Below are positions 1-12,838 of a stretch of 35,328 nucleotides of DNA, piece by piece; position 1 is the first letter of the stretch; every line of letters begins with the position of its first letter. The DNA is taken from NCBI GenBank assembly GCA_002633005.1, contig NMRA01000073.1, positions 296,481 through 331,808 on the forward strand, read 5' to 3'. Source of the DNA: Phoronis australis (lineage: Eukaryota > Animalia > Phoronida). Below the pieces are notes generated by a model that saw only the letters and a list, made by a program, of their open reading frames with translations, was not told the origin of the DNA and ran no database searches. Both the position numbers and the translations under genes were made by a program.

Positions 1-112
1 CATTCCTTGTATAGACATAACTTGTTATAGAGTATGTCTTCAAACGGACTCGCGACCAGACCACGGCGCCCGCCACAATAGCAATTCTTCGGAAAAAGAT
101 TTTTTTTTCAAA

Positions 113-155
113 AATATTACATGTACATGTACACAATATTACATGTACATGTACA
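113..155. repeat. 22-bp tandem duplication containing an ACATGT microrepeat
   Basis: aatattacatgtacatgtacac occurs twice in tandem. Confidence 0.85.
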
Positions 156-813
156 CTGTATGATATTGCGCAAGACAACTTTACTATGCATCAGTTACAA
201 ACGTGTGGGATGTAATAGAATGACCCGGCATAACAGATGAGGTAAAAATGTTGCACGTGAATTCGCTTGAATATCAGGGTTGCGGCACCGCAGTATTTCC
301 CCTAATCAAATCAAAACATATCTTAGAGTAAAGAAGCTAGTTACCTAAAGAAATCAGCTGTAGAACTGCTCTTTCAGCGGTGAATCCATCTAAAATGCTT
401 GGCTACTTCAAAAGTGTCGACGGAAGCGCGTGCACAATAAATCCCCGCGCGTTTTGCCGATGAACCACAAAGACTCAGCAATTCACAATGCAAAAAACTA
501 TATTTTCAGAATGAACCCCCCCTCTCAATTTTATCCAAATTGGTTTACTTGGGGTTTACACACGCTGGCTGTGCCGTTTTTGTTTTGCTGGAGACGCTTT
601 TGTTTTTTGTTTTTTTTTTAAATTTTTGGGTCCTGGCCCGAGGGGGGGNAGATCCGCCACTGAAACCATACTTATCACTTCTGACAGAAAAAAAACACCA
701 AAGAACATTAGTGGTAGTAGTAGTAACACCCCTTATTCATGTTAAGACAAAAATACAATTAATACAAGTGGCGGTGGACAGGATTGTTAATCCATGAACA
801 GCCCTGCCCATGT

Positions 814-2185
814 GGCACATACTGAGCCATAACACCACGTTCCTTACAATATCTCTTTTTATCACTCCGGTTGTTCTGCTCACTCAGCTTGTCCGGAACC
901 TGCTTAGTTATAGCCCAGTTGGCTGTTTGGTGTACCCACTTGGTACTTTACATGATATTTGCCCATTTGGCAGTTTGTACCCACTTGGTACTTTTTATTG
1001 AATTTTCCGTTTTGCTCGACCCAGTTGGTAGGCAATCGGCCAATACCCATTTGGTAATATGTACCCATTTGGTACTATGCTAACCTGTGCCACTTACTAT
1101 CCGATGCTCAACTACACTTTGGGTATCGGGAATGTGTGTGTTATCTCTTGTAATTAAGGAATCCATCTGGTTCCTTCTTTGAAATATTTATTTGTAGAGC
1201 TGTGACCCTGAAATTCCAGTACAAGTTAAAATATATATTATTCTTGTTGTTTTATTTGTCCCAAATAATGAGATTTATGGCACTCTGACATAAATCCTAT
1301 TATTTGGCAAATATCATTACACAGCCCTTCATGCTTCATATCCAACTCCTAGTTAGTTCCTACCAAGTTCGATGGTGGCGCTGTTTGTTCTTTCTCTCCA
1401 GCTTCCTCAAGCAACAGTACATTAACTCGTAAGTTTTCCTAATTAGACAATTTTATACCTCTCCCACCCTCTCTACCTTGGGTACCATAAAATCTCAAGT
1501 CAACCGCTTTATACCTTTCCCATGCTCTCTCCTCTTTGTCGAACAAAATCTGCTGTTGGTTATTGTTGTTTTTACAGTCACTGCTGGTACCTTCTTCAAG
1601 CCCGGAGCGTGTTACCGTCAGGCAAGAACCGACGTCATTGGTTAGCGACCCGACCTTTACTCGAGCATCCATTATTGCAGCTTGCTTCTCTCCACCCCGG
1701 TCACAGCTCTCGGCACATACTGAGCCACAACACCACGTTCCTTACAATATCTCTTTTTATCACTCCGGCTGGTCTGCTCACTCAGCTTGTCCGGAACCTG
1801 CTTTGCAGGTTGTTATAGCCCAATTGGCTGTTTGCTGTACCCACTTGGTACTTTCTATGATATTTGCCCATTTGGGAGTTTGTACCCACATGGTACTTGT
1901 TAGGGAATTGGCCGTTTTGCTCGACCCAGTTGGTAGGCAATCGGCCAATACCCATTTGGTATTATGTACCCCTTTGGTACTATGCTAACCTTTGCCACTT
2001 AGTATCCGATACTCAATTACACTTTGGGTATCGGGAATGTGTGTGTTATCTCATGTAATTAAGGAATCCATCTGATTCCTTCTTTGATATATTTATTTGT
2101 AGAGATGTGACCCTGACATTCCCAATACAACTTAAATATGTATTATTCTTGTTGTTTTATTTGTCCTCAATAATACAAATTTATG
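814..2185. repeat. ~470-bp direct duplication (814-1279 and 1712-2185) with internal CCCANTTGG motif arrays
   Basis: Both copies start ggcacatactgagcca and align with scattered substitutions through ...ttcttgttgttttatttgtc...atttatg. Each holds about seven CCCA(C/G/T/A)TTGG-like motifs. Confidence 0.92.
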
Positions 2186-2479
2186 CTTATGGAGTCTTCG
2201 TGAAAGACCCGAAGTGTCCGCTGACCACGGTGTTACAGTGTTACAGAAAATCAGAATTACAAAATTAGGTGATAATGTCATTTAAAACTACTTGTAAAAA
2301 GACTAGGCGAGATTATCGAAAATAGTTACACACATAGCAGTTGGGAATAGTGCACTCAAGTTCATAACTTTCAAAACAAACGTTCTTAAAATAATGTATA
2401 ACAAAAGATAACCAATGGGTAAAAAAATTTGGGAAACATTTTTAGGAAGGTTATTTTAATAGTAATTTAGTTTGCAATG

Positions 2480-3150
2480 CCCTTCTTCATATCATTAAAA
2501 TGATATGAAAAAAGGCATTGCAAACTGAATCTTCAGCAAATAATTTAGTACTACGAGAAGTTCGTAGAAGATGTCGTTTCCTAGTGTAATGTTCATGAAC
2601 AGACCCACAGGTTATTAAATTGAACGCTTAAAAAATGATGGTAAGTAATTATGGACATGTTTGTAGAAAAAATTAAAAATAGCAGCAACATGTAAGTCCT
2701 TTATTTTGAGTATCTGTGTAGTCTTAAATAAAGGATCTGTATGGGCATTAAAATAACTAGAGGTAATAGTGCGAATAACCTTTTTCTGTAATTAGAAACT
2801 TCTGTGATGTTCACACCCCATAGCAGAATGCTATAGTTAAAATGAGGAAGGACAAGACCGTTATATACTGTTTTAAAGGTTTCAAAGGACAAGAAATGTT
2901 TAATGTTATTTAGAACACCACATAATCTGCTTATCTTTCTTAACACATTGTTTATGTTTGAAGGCCATAACAGGTTTTCGTTGATGGTAACACCAAGTTA
3001 ATTGAATGAACGAACTCTTTCAATTTCCAAGTTATTAAACTTTAAATAAAAATCATCAATACATTTTGAGGGTTAATGAAAAACCATGAATTTTGTTTTA
3101 GTTGCATTTAAATCCAGTCCATTTACATTTAACAAAAATTGAATTTTCTC
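2480..3150 (-). mobile_element. Decayed non-LTR retrotransposon fragment (CR1/L2-type RT C-terminal region)
   Basis: Minus-strand translation across stops and frameshifts gives LNATKTKFMVFH...IERVRSFN*LGVTINENLLW...KISRLCGVLNNIKHFL...TVYNGLVLPHFNYSILLWG...NAHTDPLFK..ILKIKD, the typical post-RT region of CR1/L2 ORF2. Boundaries are approximate. Confidence 0.88.
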
Positions 3151-4845
3151 CAGCTCCCCACAAAACACATGTGACAACGTGCTACGAATACCATGAATGA
3201 TAGTAATATCATAAGCATAAAGTATGCAGTCAAAGAAACTCGTGCACTTCACAAAATAATTAACAATAAATACAAATGTTTTTGACCAGGATTCGTCTTT
3301 CAGCTCATGGAAATCCAGGAATTCAAATAACATTAAAACATTGATGTAAATAAGTCTACAGCTATGAACTTCAAACACTCATGAAAGAACATTTTCAACT
3401 AAATTCGGGGTTGTTTACCAAATCCAACGTAAGTCAGGGCACGTTGATTACCTTCAAAACGGTATAATGCCCAGTGCCGTAGCGGTAAAATAAGAGGTAA
3501 GTAGGCGCCCAAAGCCCACCGTATCACCTTGAGCACTAAACGTAACTTACGGTGCGTAGGCGCTACGTTAAAATGCCAAAACGTGGTTGGCTGCGCCTAA
3601 GTGCGCCTACAGCCCTCTACAGTACTGATAATGAACGGTTTAGATGGACCAAGCAGAGCTCTCAGTTTCACTGAAATAACAATTTTTGGCCCCAACGATT
3701 TACGGTTAACTGATTTGACTGATCTACTTATAGAGGATTTGAATGCAGGTGCAAACAGGGCGAACTGTACATGTACATGCTAGTCTATGGTCTACTTCTA
3801 TACATTTTCAGGTAGTGTCCAATCGATCACCTTATAAAATAGCGTTGTCACTGACGCGAATAGTTCGCATTGTATGCATACATTATTCTAAACACTACGA
3901 AATATTGATTTTGTGAATTTAAGTATGGAGCGTTGGACCAAGACAAAAGGACAAAGTATAGTTTCAAGTGCCATACTAGCATCGATTACCTATAGGCAAG
4001 AATTTGAAAATCTTCCATGAGTCAATTTCAATTCTTCTTATGAAAATGCTGTCACAATTACCTCCACTTGTTTGTCTTTGATTTCCAATGATCTCTTTTG
4101 TTTTGATTAGCTTTGTTTTGTTTTTTCTTCTACTAATTGACCTTCGCAAATATAAGTCGAGTAGATATTCATGTTCATCCATATTTGACCTATACAGGCA
4201 ACTTCGTACTTGAGATTTCATGTAAAAAGATCTTCCTTTTTATATCAGACGTTATTAGAAATGAGTGGGACTGCCTTATTTAGCTAGTGCAAGGTCTCCG
4301 CTTGGACAAAATGAATAGTTGGACTAAAGAGCCTTATAGACAAGCAGGTGGCACGAGATTTCATCGTACGATGGTAAAGAAGGAACGACATATCGATTGT
4401 ATGATCGTCGTAGTCGCATTGCTAACACGGGTGTCATGAGACAGTAAAATCAGATTTTGTGAGTCAAATCGCGCGTTGATTACGCCATAGTCGTGGGATC
4501 CTCTTACAACATTCGGAAGACAAAACCCAATCCTCCATCACAAAAAGTAACTTTTGATTTACACCTTTTACCGAAATGAAATTGGACACAATTTGCTGTG
4601 GTCAAATCATTAAGGCATTCCTAAGCTTGAAAACAACTGACAATTCATTTACACGAAAACATTAGAGGCACTTTAAGTTTGCTTGTCACCGTGAGTCATT
4701 TTGTGCGCCGAACCAAGTCTTAAGCTGTAACTGTTGGTTCTGTAAGCCCGAACACAACTATTGATATCAGTTAGAAACAACTTGACATCAGTTTTATTGC
4801 GGTACTTCTCCATCAAAAGCTAGATTTTAACGGAATGTGGGCTAA

Positions 4846-5025
4846 CAAGCGCGTTATTCATGACAGTCCTGCGACGCTAGAGACTATCCTAAAATTGCCT
4901 AAAATGTAGGGACTATGAACATTTTCATCTCGACTCTTCGCCGAAAACGTTCAAAATCCCAACGCCTTTACAGCATTTTTTACTATAATCTCACGTATGG
5001 CAGAACTGTCATGAATTAGTGTTTG
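4846..5025. repeat. Degenerate ~180-bp inverted repeat (old hairpin MITE) upstream of exon 1
   Basis: Left arm ttattcatgacagtcctgc...gagactat...gggactatgaacattttc. The right arm reverse-complements to taattcatgacagttctgc...gagattat...gggattttgaacgttttc. Confidence 0.75.
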
Positions 5026-5312
5026 CCAAGTTTGATGATTAGTGTACCGGCTTATACGAAGTTCAACGATCCTTTATAAGCCCATGCAGTAATGACCCAG
5101 TGATCAGATATCACAGCGTAAAGAATTAACGTACGTGTAGATATTTTTAGACGACAACTGGGGCGTGTGACGTGCCTTCTTACCGGACAGCAAGGGATTG
5201 TTGTATAAGTAACTATTGATTAGGAAACAGCAAACAATGGACAAAAGTTCCGATATCTACAGACTTCCGAGTGGTCAAGCGTCGTTAACTGATCACACGC
5301 ACTTTGGCTAGG

Positions 5313-5379
5313 ATGGCCTCGAGCGGACTTGTGTTAATATTGTTTGCGATTCTACAGACGTCACATTCTTCAAAAACAG
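5313..5379 (+). CDS. Exon 1: signal peptide MASSGLVLILFAILQTSHSSKT
   Basis: ATG in a good context (aggATGg) followed by a hydrophobic core and small residues at the probable cleavage site. Ends at AG|gtaaat, a phase-1 donor compatible with the kringle exon. Confidence 0.75.
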
Positions 5380-7067
5380 GTAAATGATTATTATTTTATT
5401 ACGCAATAGTTACTGGAGCTTTTATGTTTTTACAATGTCTTGCTTTACAAGTAATTCGTATCAACGCATGCACAGGGTAAGGTCATACAAGAAAAGAAAA
5501 ATCAACGATAAAAAACTATTTTCCACACTTACGTAACAGTGAAAAATGGTTATTAAAAATGAATTTACAACTTACATAATTTTGGGAACAAAGGCTTTTG
5601 TTGAAAACAATTGCTTTGGTTGATGTTGTGAGTTAGACCACTATTTTATTTTGTTTTTTTCAATGCGACGGATCAGCGTTCCTAATAATTATTAGAACCA
5701 AATGAGTTCACCCATTGCATTGCTGATAAAATTCGCTCCAGTCAACTTGATCTATATCAATTGAAGTTACAATCATCATTCACCCTGCGTGGCTCTTTAA
5801 ATAAAAGCCCGCTGCCCGGCTGGTGTTCAAAAAGTTGCAATAATGCAAGGCGATGTATGTGTTCTAAAGTCTTGGTGCACGGAGAGCAAAACTAATTGTC
5901 AGTAAGACCTATCGTTATTATGGCTTCTTTCCGTCTCTGCAGAGAATTTATATCAACCCTAAAAAACATTCTCTTTTTAAAACCTGAACGTGAGTCTTCA
6001 TTTTATACTACTAATGTGAGTGTGGTATTAGTCGGCCTTCCATCAAATAAATGTTTTTTAATTATGTTTATGCTATAAATCTGATATTTGATTGTATCTA
6101 CTCAATTGGAAAAATGATTTCTAAACTTGCAATGAACTGACACCTCGCAAGTGCATATGTGTATATAAGTGCCCGCCGTGACAAACTAACCTATTGAGCC
6201 AAACAATCGAATTCAACAACTGTCTCGCGCGGCGAGAAAATCGACATAAAACGGCGAAACCTTCCGAGATATTGCTTTTCTAGCGAGACACTAGTGTTCT
6301 TGAAATCGACCCAGGTCTTGAGTTATGAACAAGTTAACAGCAATTTTATACCCGAGCAGCAGTTGAGTCAATCAAGAGTTATTTTTAAGGAAGGCCGGTT
6401 TATACAATAACAACTAAACAAGAGTCTGTTAATAGGTAAACACGTGATTTGGAAACACTTTAAAACGAAACAGTATGACCCACATACAAGTAAATAATAT
6501 TCAAAACAACTGTTTCATGCCATATGGGGGTAGACATAACAGAGTGACGTAATAGACCAAGCTTTTCAGTAGTTGCATGCTGCTATCAAACAACTATGTT
6601 TAGAAAGTCATATTTGGTTGTCTTCACCAGACGTATCAGTTAAGTGGTGTCTTGAATTTTTTCTCCTAGAGGTATCGACGACTGCCCCTGGTGTCTGTGA
6701 CAACGAATCGTCCAGTTAATCGTTTTTGGTGCAGTCAAAACTGAGAGAAAGCCGGTTTGAGCAGTTTCACAGTTATATTTAAGTGAGTTTTAAAGGTAAA
6801 ACAACAAACAACCCCACTTCATTGACATCTACAGGATATCTGTCGAAATGTAAACAACTCTCAAAAACTACACACGAGTCACGACATTCAAATACGGACA
6901 CACACCCAAGGAAATATGACACCATTTTGCTTCAGTTGAAATAAGCCGATGTCAGGTTATGTGACTGTGTCGTTCACATACAGTGTTCGACCAGTCGTTC
7001 TACGGATAACACGGAATTAATTGCAACAGAAGGTTTTATTGCATAAATCGTACCCTCTCATACCCCT

Positions 7068-9930
7068 TAGTGTGAGAAAAAAGTCTACGGAATCGGGGTG
7101 GTGGAAGTTGGTTTTTCAAGGTGGCGGACAAAATGGCAGCCAGATTTGCATGTGACCATTATAAGTTGAGAGTAGAATTGATAGACTAAAAATTCACGAA
7201 AAGGTGTACGTATCTACTGTGGGTCAACAAATCCATTGGAAATAGTTTTGTATGACTGCGGTGAGACCATCCGCCATTTTCCAAGATGGCCGCCAAAACT
7301 ACTTCGAGTCGCACAACTTCGCACGAACAGATAAGTTTATCGTCTTGATCCAAACATTGCATCATTAGTTTTCTGGGTCGACTAATCCACTGAGACTCAT
7401 TGCGTTTGGCTCTAATGATTACTTCCACCATTTTCTAATATGGCCATCAAATAGTTGCTTCTGTAAGACGGAGACACGCCATCTTTACAGATTTCATCTG
7501 AGTTTTAGAAATCAACATGTCCATCAAACTTATTTTTTCTGGCTCTGATTTATACGACTACCATTTTCAAGATTGTTAAACAAATAATAACTTATTTGGC
7601 TGAAAAACATCAGCTTCGCCTGGACTGATGAGTCATTTTCCATAAAAAATATCCCGTGTCGAAAAAAATTCCCGCCATTAATTCGGCAATCTGCTATCCA
7701 CACCAATTGACCGTTTGTGTCACCTCCAGGTAGTTGCAAATGCTAGTGAATACAGCAACGATTGAGACAGGAGAAAGGTTTAATAACATATGTTCAGCAA
7801 GTTAAACAGTTCAAGGGCGCAGAATTCTCGATCACGCAGTTTCTTGAATGAGAGAGCCTTGCCAATACCGAACAGCCGTGGTGTTGTATAGCAACCACCT
7901 ATTGCATGCGCAAATGGCAAAAGCGCGCAAGTTTCGGCACCAAGAGACAACTGTAGTTTCTTGATATCCCAGGCTCTCCTCTCGTTTTGGTACCTCTTGT
8001 CAGGTCATGAATATTGGAAATTTTTGTAAAGCAGTATGGTAACACAAATGAACCAACAAATCTTTATCGTCTGCAATGAGGGTAGTAGGACCTTGTGCTG
8101 CATTCTCAACTGCTGTTTCTACAATTAAAACATTTGCGTCACCTTGAGCTTGTACCACTGTGCAACCAGCATTTCGAGAAGAAATGAATGAATCGTTGTT
8201 TGTTTTTGCTGTTTGTCAAAAATGTGAACTTTCTTCTTTGACTTGATCACTATGTCACCATTGAAGTGAACTTCAGTTTCAACCACCCCGCCCAGTTTTC
8301 TAACATGGGAGACATCTTTAGTTGATATGCCACCTCCACAACCATCAAAAACAACAGTAAGCTGGGAGTGCTTGCTGACGTAACCCACCTAAGTACTACC
8401 AACTGTCTTAAATTCTGCACCTGTAGGTCATAGAATACAGTGAAAGAGAGAACCGCTCTCGATTGCATGCATCACCGTGTTTTCTGGATATTGGTAATCT
8501 TCAGGTAGGTCGTGCTCCACTGGATCAGAGTGTATCAGCTCAGCCACTCTGGGAATACCAGAAGCATCAAAAAGAGCGAGGGAACCAACACATAACTCAA
8601 ATTTCAAATGGCTTGATAAACATTCACTGTTGTCTTTTGCAGCTGTCAGTAATCGCTGAAATAGCAGTTGTGGATCCACTTGTGTAAATCCACTATTGGC
8701 AACATGAGCTAGTGGATTTGTGATTGCCACAACATTGTCTTTCTTTCTGAATGAAGAAGTCTTTTACACTCGACCCCTCTATACACAAAAGAATTGCCTT
8801 ACCCGCTTCTCTGGCATTTTCGGCATTGACGCGGTTGCATGCAGTCACAACAGTGGCGATGTTCTGTAATCCCTCCAAATGGGTTTCTGTTGTGGAGGAA
8901 TTCAACAAGGCTGAGGATGTCTTTGTCATCTCGCGACTGTCTTGCCAGGGTACATTCTTTATGCTGCTCACTTGTTTCGCAACTCAAGTTTGTCATACTC
9001 TGCATGGCGACATTTATACTTGAGCATGCATGCCTGCATGGAAAGTAGCTACATGTACAGTGCATGCTGCGTATCTCCAATCCCGCAACCGCTAGTTAAA
9101 CGTCGTGATAATGTAATGGTTTTTATGAGCGTTTGTTCATATGACAAGCCTGCCCAGAATCTATCACTTGGTGTTACGGCATGGTGGCCGTTAATAAAGG
9201 TGCTGTAGACGTCTGGATGGGTGTCTTTGAGTTGGTGCATCTTCTGCAAATATATGTATGCAGATTTTGCATATGAGATGTTACCAGCAGCTGCAAACTA
9301 CGGCAGCATATTAGAAACTACTATTAGGTGAAGTTCCCAATTTGACGTTATTTCTGCTTTAAGAAAAAGTCGAAGGAGGTCATGCATTTTCATATACTGT
9401 AGACAGAGACTGCTGGTTCGACTTTGCAAAGACGTTTTTCATGGATCCCTACAAGACACTCCGACAAGCACACATCGCTGCACATAGACGTCATGCTAGC
9501 AATAAGATCCTCATACAGCTTCAGACCAGCTTTCAAATCATCATCAAGTATATCTTCTGACAAACCCTTGTGTCACTGCAAATTCTGAAGACTTATACTC
9601 TGATTCAGTCCAGAAGTGAACTCTCGTGAGTGTATTCCACTGTAATTGAAGGTTCAGAATCGGAAGATACTGCCTGTGCATTGCATGTCACAGTGTATAC
9701 ATCTATAGTTATGTGATCAGTTGGGATGTCTGAAGAATCTGTATCCATATATTCTGACGAGTTGGCGTTTGTGTACAAGCATTGAATTGCTCTTACTACA
9801 TGTACCTCTTGGCACGGAATCTGTGCTCTATATTGGTGACATTCGGGACTCCTGGAATTTCTGAAGAACCGGAACTTACTTCTTGAAATCCTGAAGTCAC
9901 TGGTTCTGGATTGGCATTACTTGATCTGTC
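7068..9930 (-). mobile_element. Decayed large DNA transposon in intron 1, Academ(X)-like (transposase C-terminal part + XPG/H3TH-like nuclease)
   Basis: Fragmented minus-strand frames: SRTSSLCLQYMKMHDLLRLFLKAEITSNWELHL...MLP*FAAAGNISYAKSAYIYLQKM...HPDVY...SDRFWAGLS; SEQHKE...RQSRDDKD; VDPQLLFQRL; VVFDG; LPFAHAIGGCYTT..LFGIGK (H3TH-like). A terminal segment from ~7068 is rich in aaaatggcNgcc motifs. The superfamily call comes from recalled family features, not a search; the 9930 boundary is approximate. Confidence 0.72.
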
Positions 9931-12838
9931 AAACACCGTAAATAATACGCTTACAAGGAAGTCAAGCCTTTCTAAAGGTATGCAGGAATTTTCACCGCTC
10001 GTCCTTCTGAGCGACTTTTACCAGGATCAAAGAGAGCGCGGCACCGGAGTCAGGTACAGTTGACCGCATTGCCCGATGAGAGCAAGACTCAAGTAATTAC
10101 CCGACCATAAAATGTATTAAACATCTCTGATTGTACATAATGGCGAATTTTCAAAATGCATTAATCACTAATTTTCGTTAAAAACGAATATCGCGGCGGT
10201 ATTAAGCTGGATAAAACAACCAAGTACGGTTTTCGATTTTTAAAAATCGAACTAATGATATAAAAACTACAACGATTGGGTACGATTGAAGATAAACTAC
10301 CGCGCGTTTTGATATACTCGGTGGATATACAAGCGCTAATCAGAGTTAAACAATATCACATGGGTTCACTTTTTAATATTCTTTCAATCTCGTTTAATCA
10401 CAGTTTATACCAGGAAACAGTTGTACTTAACTTGTGCCCACTTTTCATTTTTATTACTCACTAAGAGCTAAAACAGTTTTTTAGTCATTGCCACCGAAAT
10501 TGTCCAAAGATTCCAAATCTTCAGTTCTGGTTATCACCATATTTGCACTTTTGTATATATTTTATGATTTGAGTTCTAATAAAGATTAAACTTTAATGAC
10601 ACGTGAAATGTTTAGTGTAGGCCTACCTGTAATGTGGAAAGTTCAGGGATGTGCTCACAATGAACTTATAACTAATTAATTTTCGCTGGCGGTCAAAATC
10701 TACCACTGTTTCGGTACTTCAAGTTTAAAACTTAGATAAAAAGTTATCAAGCCGTTGCCGGTAAGAAAAAAAACAAGTCGGCAGAAACATTGAAACTTAA
10801 ATAACGAAAACCAACTTGAAACATATCGTTCCTTTGGGAAGTGGCCCTTTGTGAAGATAAACACAAGTTAACCTTTTTAGTCAATTTGAAATATTTATGA
10901 TGTACCAAGTTAAACTACTCAAGAGAGTTGCAGGCTGTAACTCTGCAAATGTCAGAGAAAACCAAATTGGGTGTACTAACAACAACTGTTGCTGAGACAG
11001 TTAGTGCCAGCTATTACTTTTCCACTTCATTAGCTCAGATCTATATCAAAAGGCTTGCTGAATAGGGATCCTAAATGTTGTCTGGGGTTAAGGGAATCTG
11101 AGTGGTGACCGGTGTAAGCGAGAGATTCTTCACATGAATATTTGGAAGTGGGATGTTGAATGCTCTGACTGAGCATTCAGTGCTGAGTCTACCAACACAT
11201 GACCCCTCCCTGCTCTATCCACACTTTTTCAATTTAACATATGGATCACACTGTTTGGTGCACACACAGTGTCAAAAACTTGAAACCTGTTTCCTGACAT
11301 TACGTATACAATAAATCACAGAAAGCTCATCTCAGTGCGAAATCCGCCAAGCTTGGCTAGAAACAAGTGACTGCAGGTTTGCCGGCATTAATTTCCACTC
11401 AAATGAGTTACTTATGTTCATAAAAAGCGTGCATATTACACCAATTTTGAGTACTAAATGCTAAAATTTAATTATTAACTTTTTGTTACACAAATGTATT
11501 TATTTTTCATCAAATTCAGGTGAAATCAGCTGCCAAATTCTCCACTCATGTGAGTAGCAGACTAAATGTTTGCATGGGAACAACTGATAATATCTCCAAT
11601 AGCAGAGAGCAAAGCCACTTCCTGCCCAATGTGATTCACGCTTTGTGTACTGAATAAGTCAATAATTCCATCAGAATTACATATTCTTCTAGCACATGTT
11701 ATTTTTGATGCCTCAGATTAATATATTTCACAGAAAAATAATTGAGTGTGTGAAATTTCTTATGAAAATTTAACTAAAGCCTTTCTGAAAAACACCAAAT
11801 TTTACGTTAAATTAAATTTAACTTGTTAAATGCATTTATCGTCATTATTTTGACACTTGTCTCTTTATTTTGATACCAGTCCTTAGGGTATATTTTGCAT
11901 TACTCATCTCTATTTATAGCGTCAAGGGTCTACTTTTGTATTCATACATTTCTGTACGCGACTCCTGATTGGTTGCCCATATTTCCTGTATTCAGTTCAA
12001 CCAGGCGGTTCTTTTGTTTTGTTCCCTATTTCAGGGCTATTCATTGTACACGCCGGTGGGCGTTTTGTCCATGCCCATCTTGCAGAGTCTTAGTTAGTTT
12101 TATCTATTTACGTCATAATAAATGACAATATTCGCAATCCTCCTCTTGTTTTACTCTGCAACATAGCTCGTGGCGTACCCCGGGCAAAATAGATTACGAT
12201 AAATAATCTAAAATGTGATAAAATTCCACATTTAGTACCTAAATCTTAAAAACAAACTTTATAAAGAATCAGCTCATTAAGCCTAACTGTAGATTGTAAA
12301 ATGTTTTTGTGTAAATGCTTCTCAGGTTACAAACAAAGTTTGCAGAATGCACATGCGGTAAATTGGAGTTATTTGTGAGTTGGCGGTCATTTTGTCAACC
12401 GTGTATATAATTTGGTGTATTGCAGACTGCAGTGTGTTACTAACTGTGACGATATCAGTTGTCTGGATCGAATTGTCAAAGTTGAATGCTGACCAAACTC
12501 TCCTCTTTCGTGGAGCTAGATAGACATTCTATGACTGGCCTACTTTTCAAAATGTCGGACACTCCTGAGTTGGTTAAAACTAGCTAGCACCCACCCAACT
12601 GTGATATTTGCACTTTTTGAAAATTTCTGGGAGTTAGTATTCAAAATGCAGTAATTAATGTTTGTCTGTATTACAATTAGGATAGGACATAACGGCTAGC
12701 ACATTTGCATATGAAAGAATAGAAGTTAGTGGTGTGCTATTTCAGGACTAGCCTAATGCACTGAATTTTTACAATTCTAAGTACAAAGTAACCAAATTCA
12801 GATCTGAATACTTTGATGACATTCTGGTTTCGCTCTAG

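Noticed and set aside
905-1080. Regularly recurring TACCCANTTGGTA motifs that superficially resemble a CRISPR array
   Set aside because: The repeats are only 9-13 bp, spacing is irregular and short, the whole block is duplicated at 1810-1985, there are no cas genes, and the context is eukaryotic.
430-2058. Overlapping ORFs (e.g. 1536..1988, 150 aa) with repeated THLV peptides
   Set aside because: These are translations of the duplicated motif array, with no recognisable domain or convincing exon structure.
3405-3620. Possible Harbinger-like MITE starting ggggttgtttaccaaa
   Set aside because: No matching right-hand TIR or TSD could be identified.
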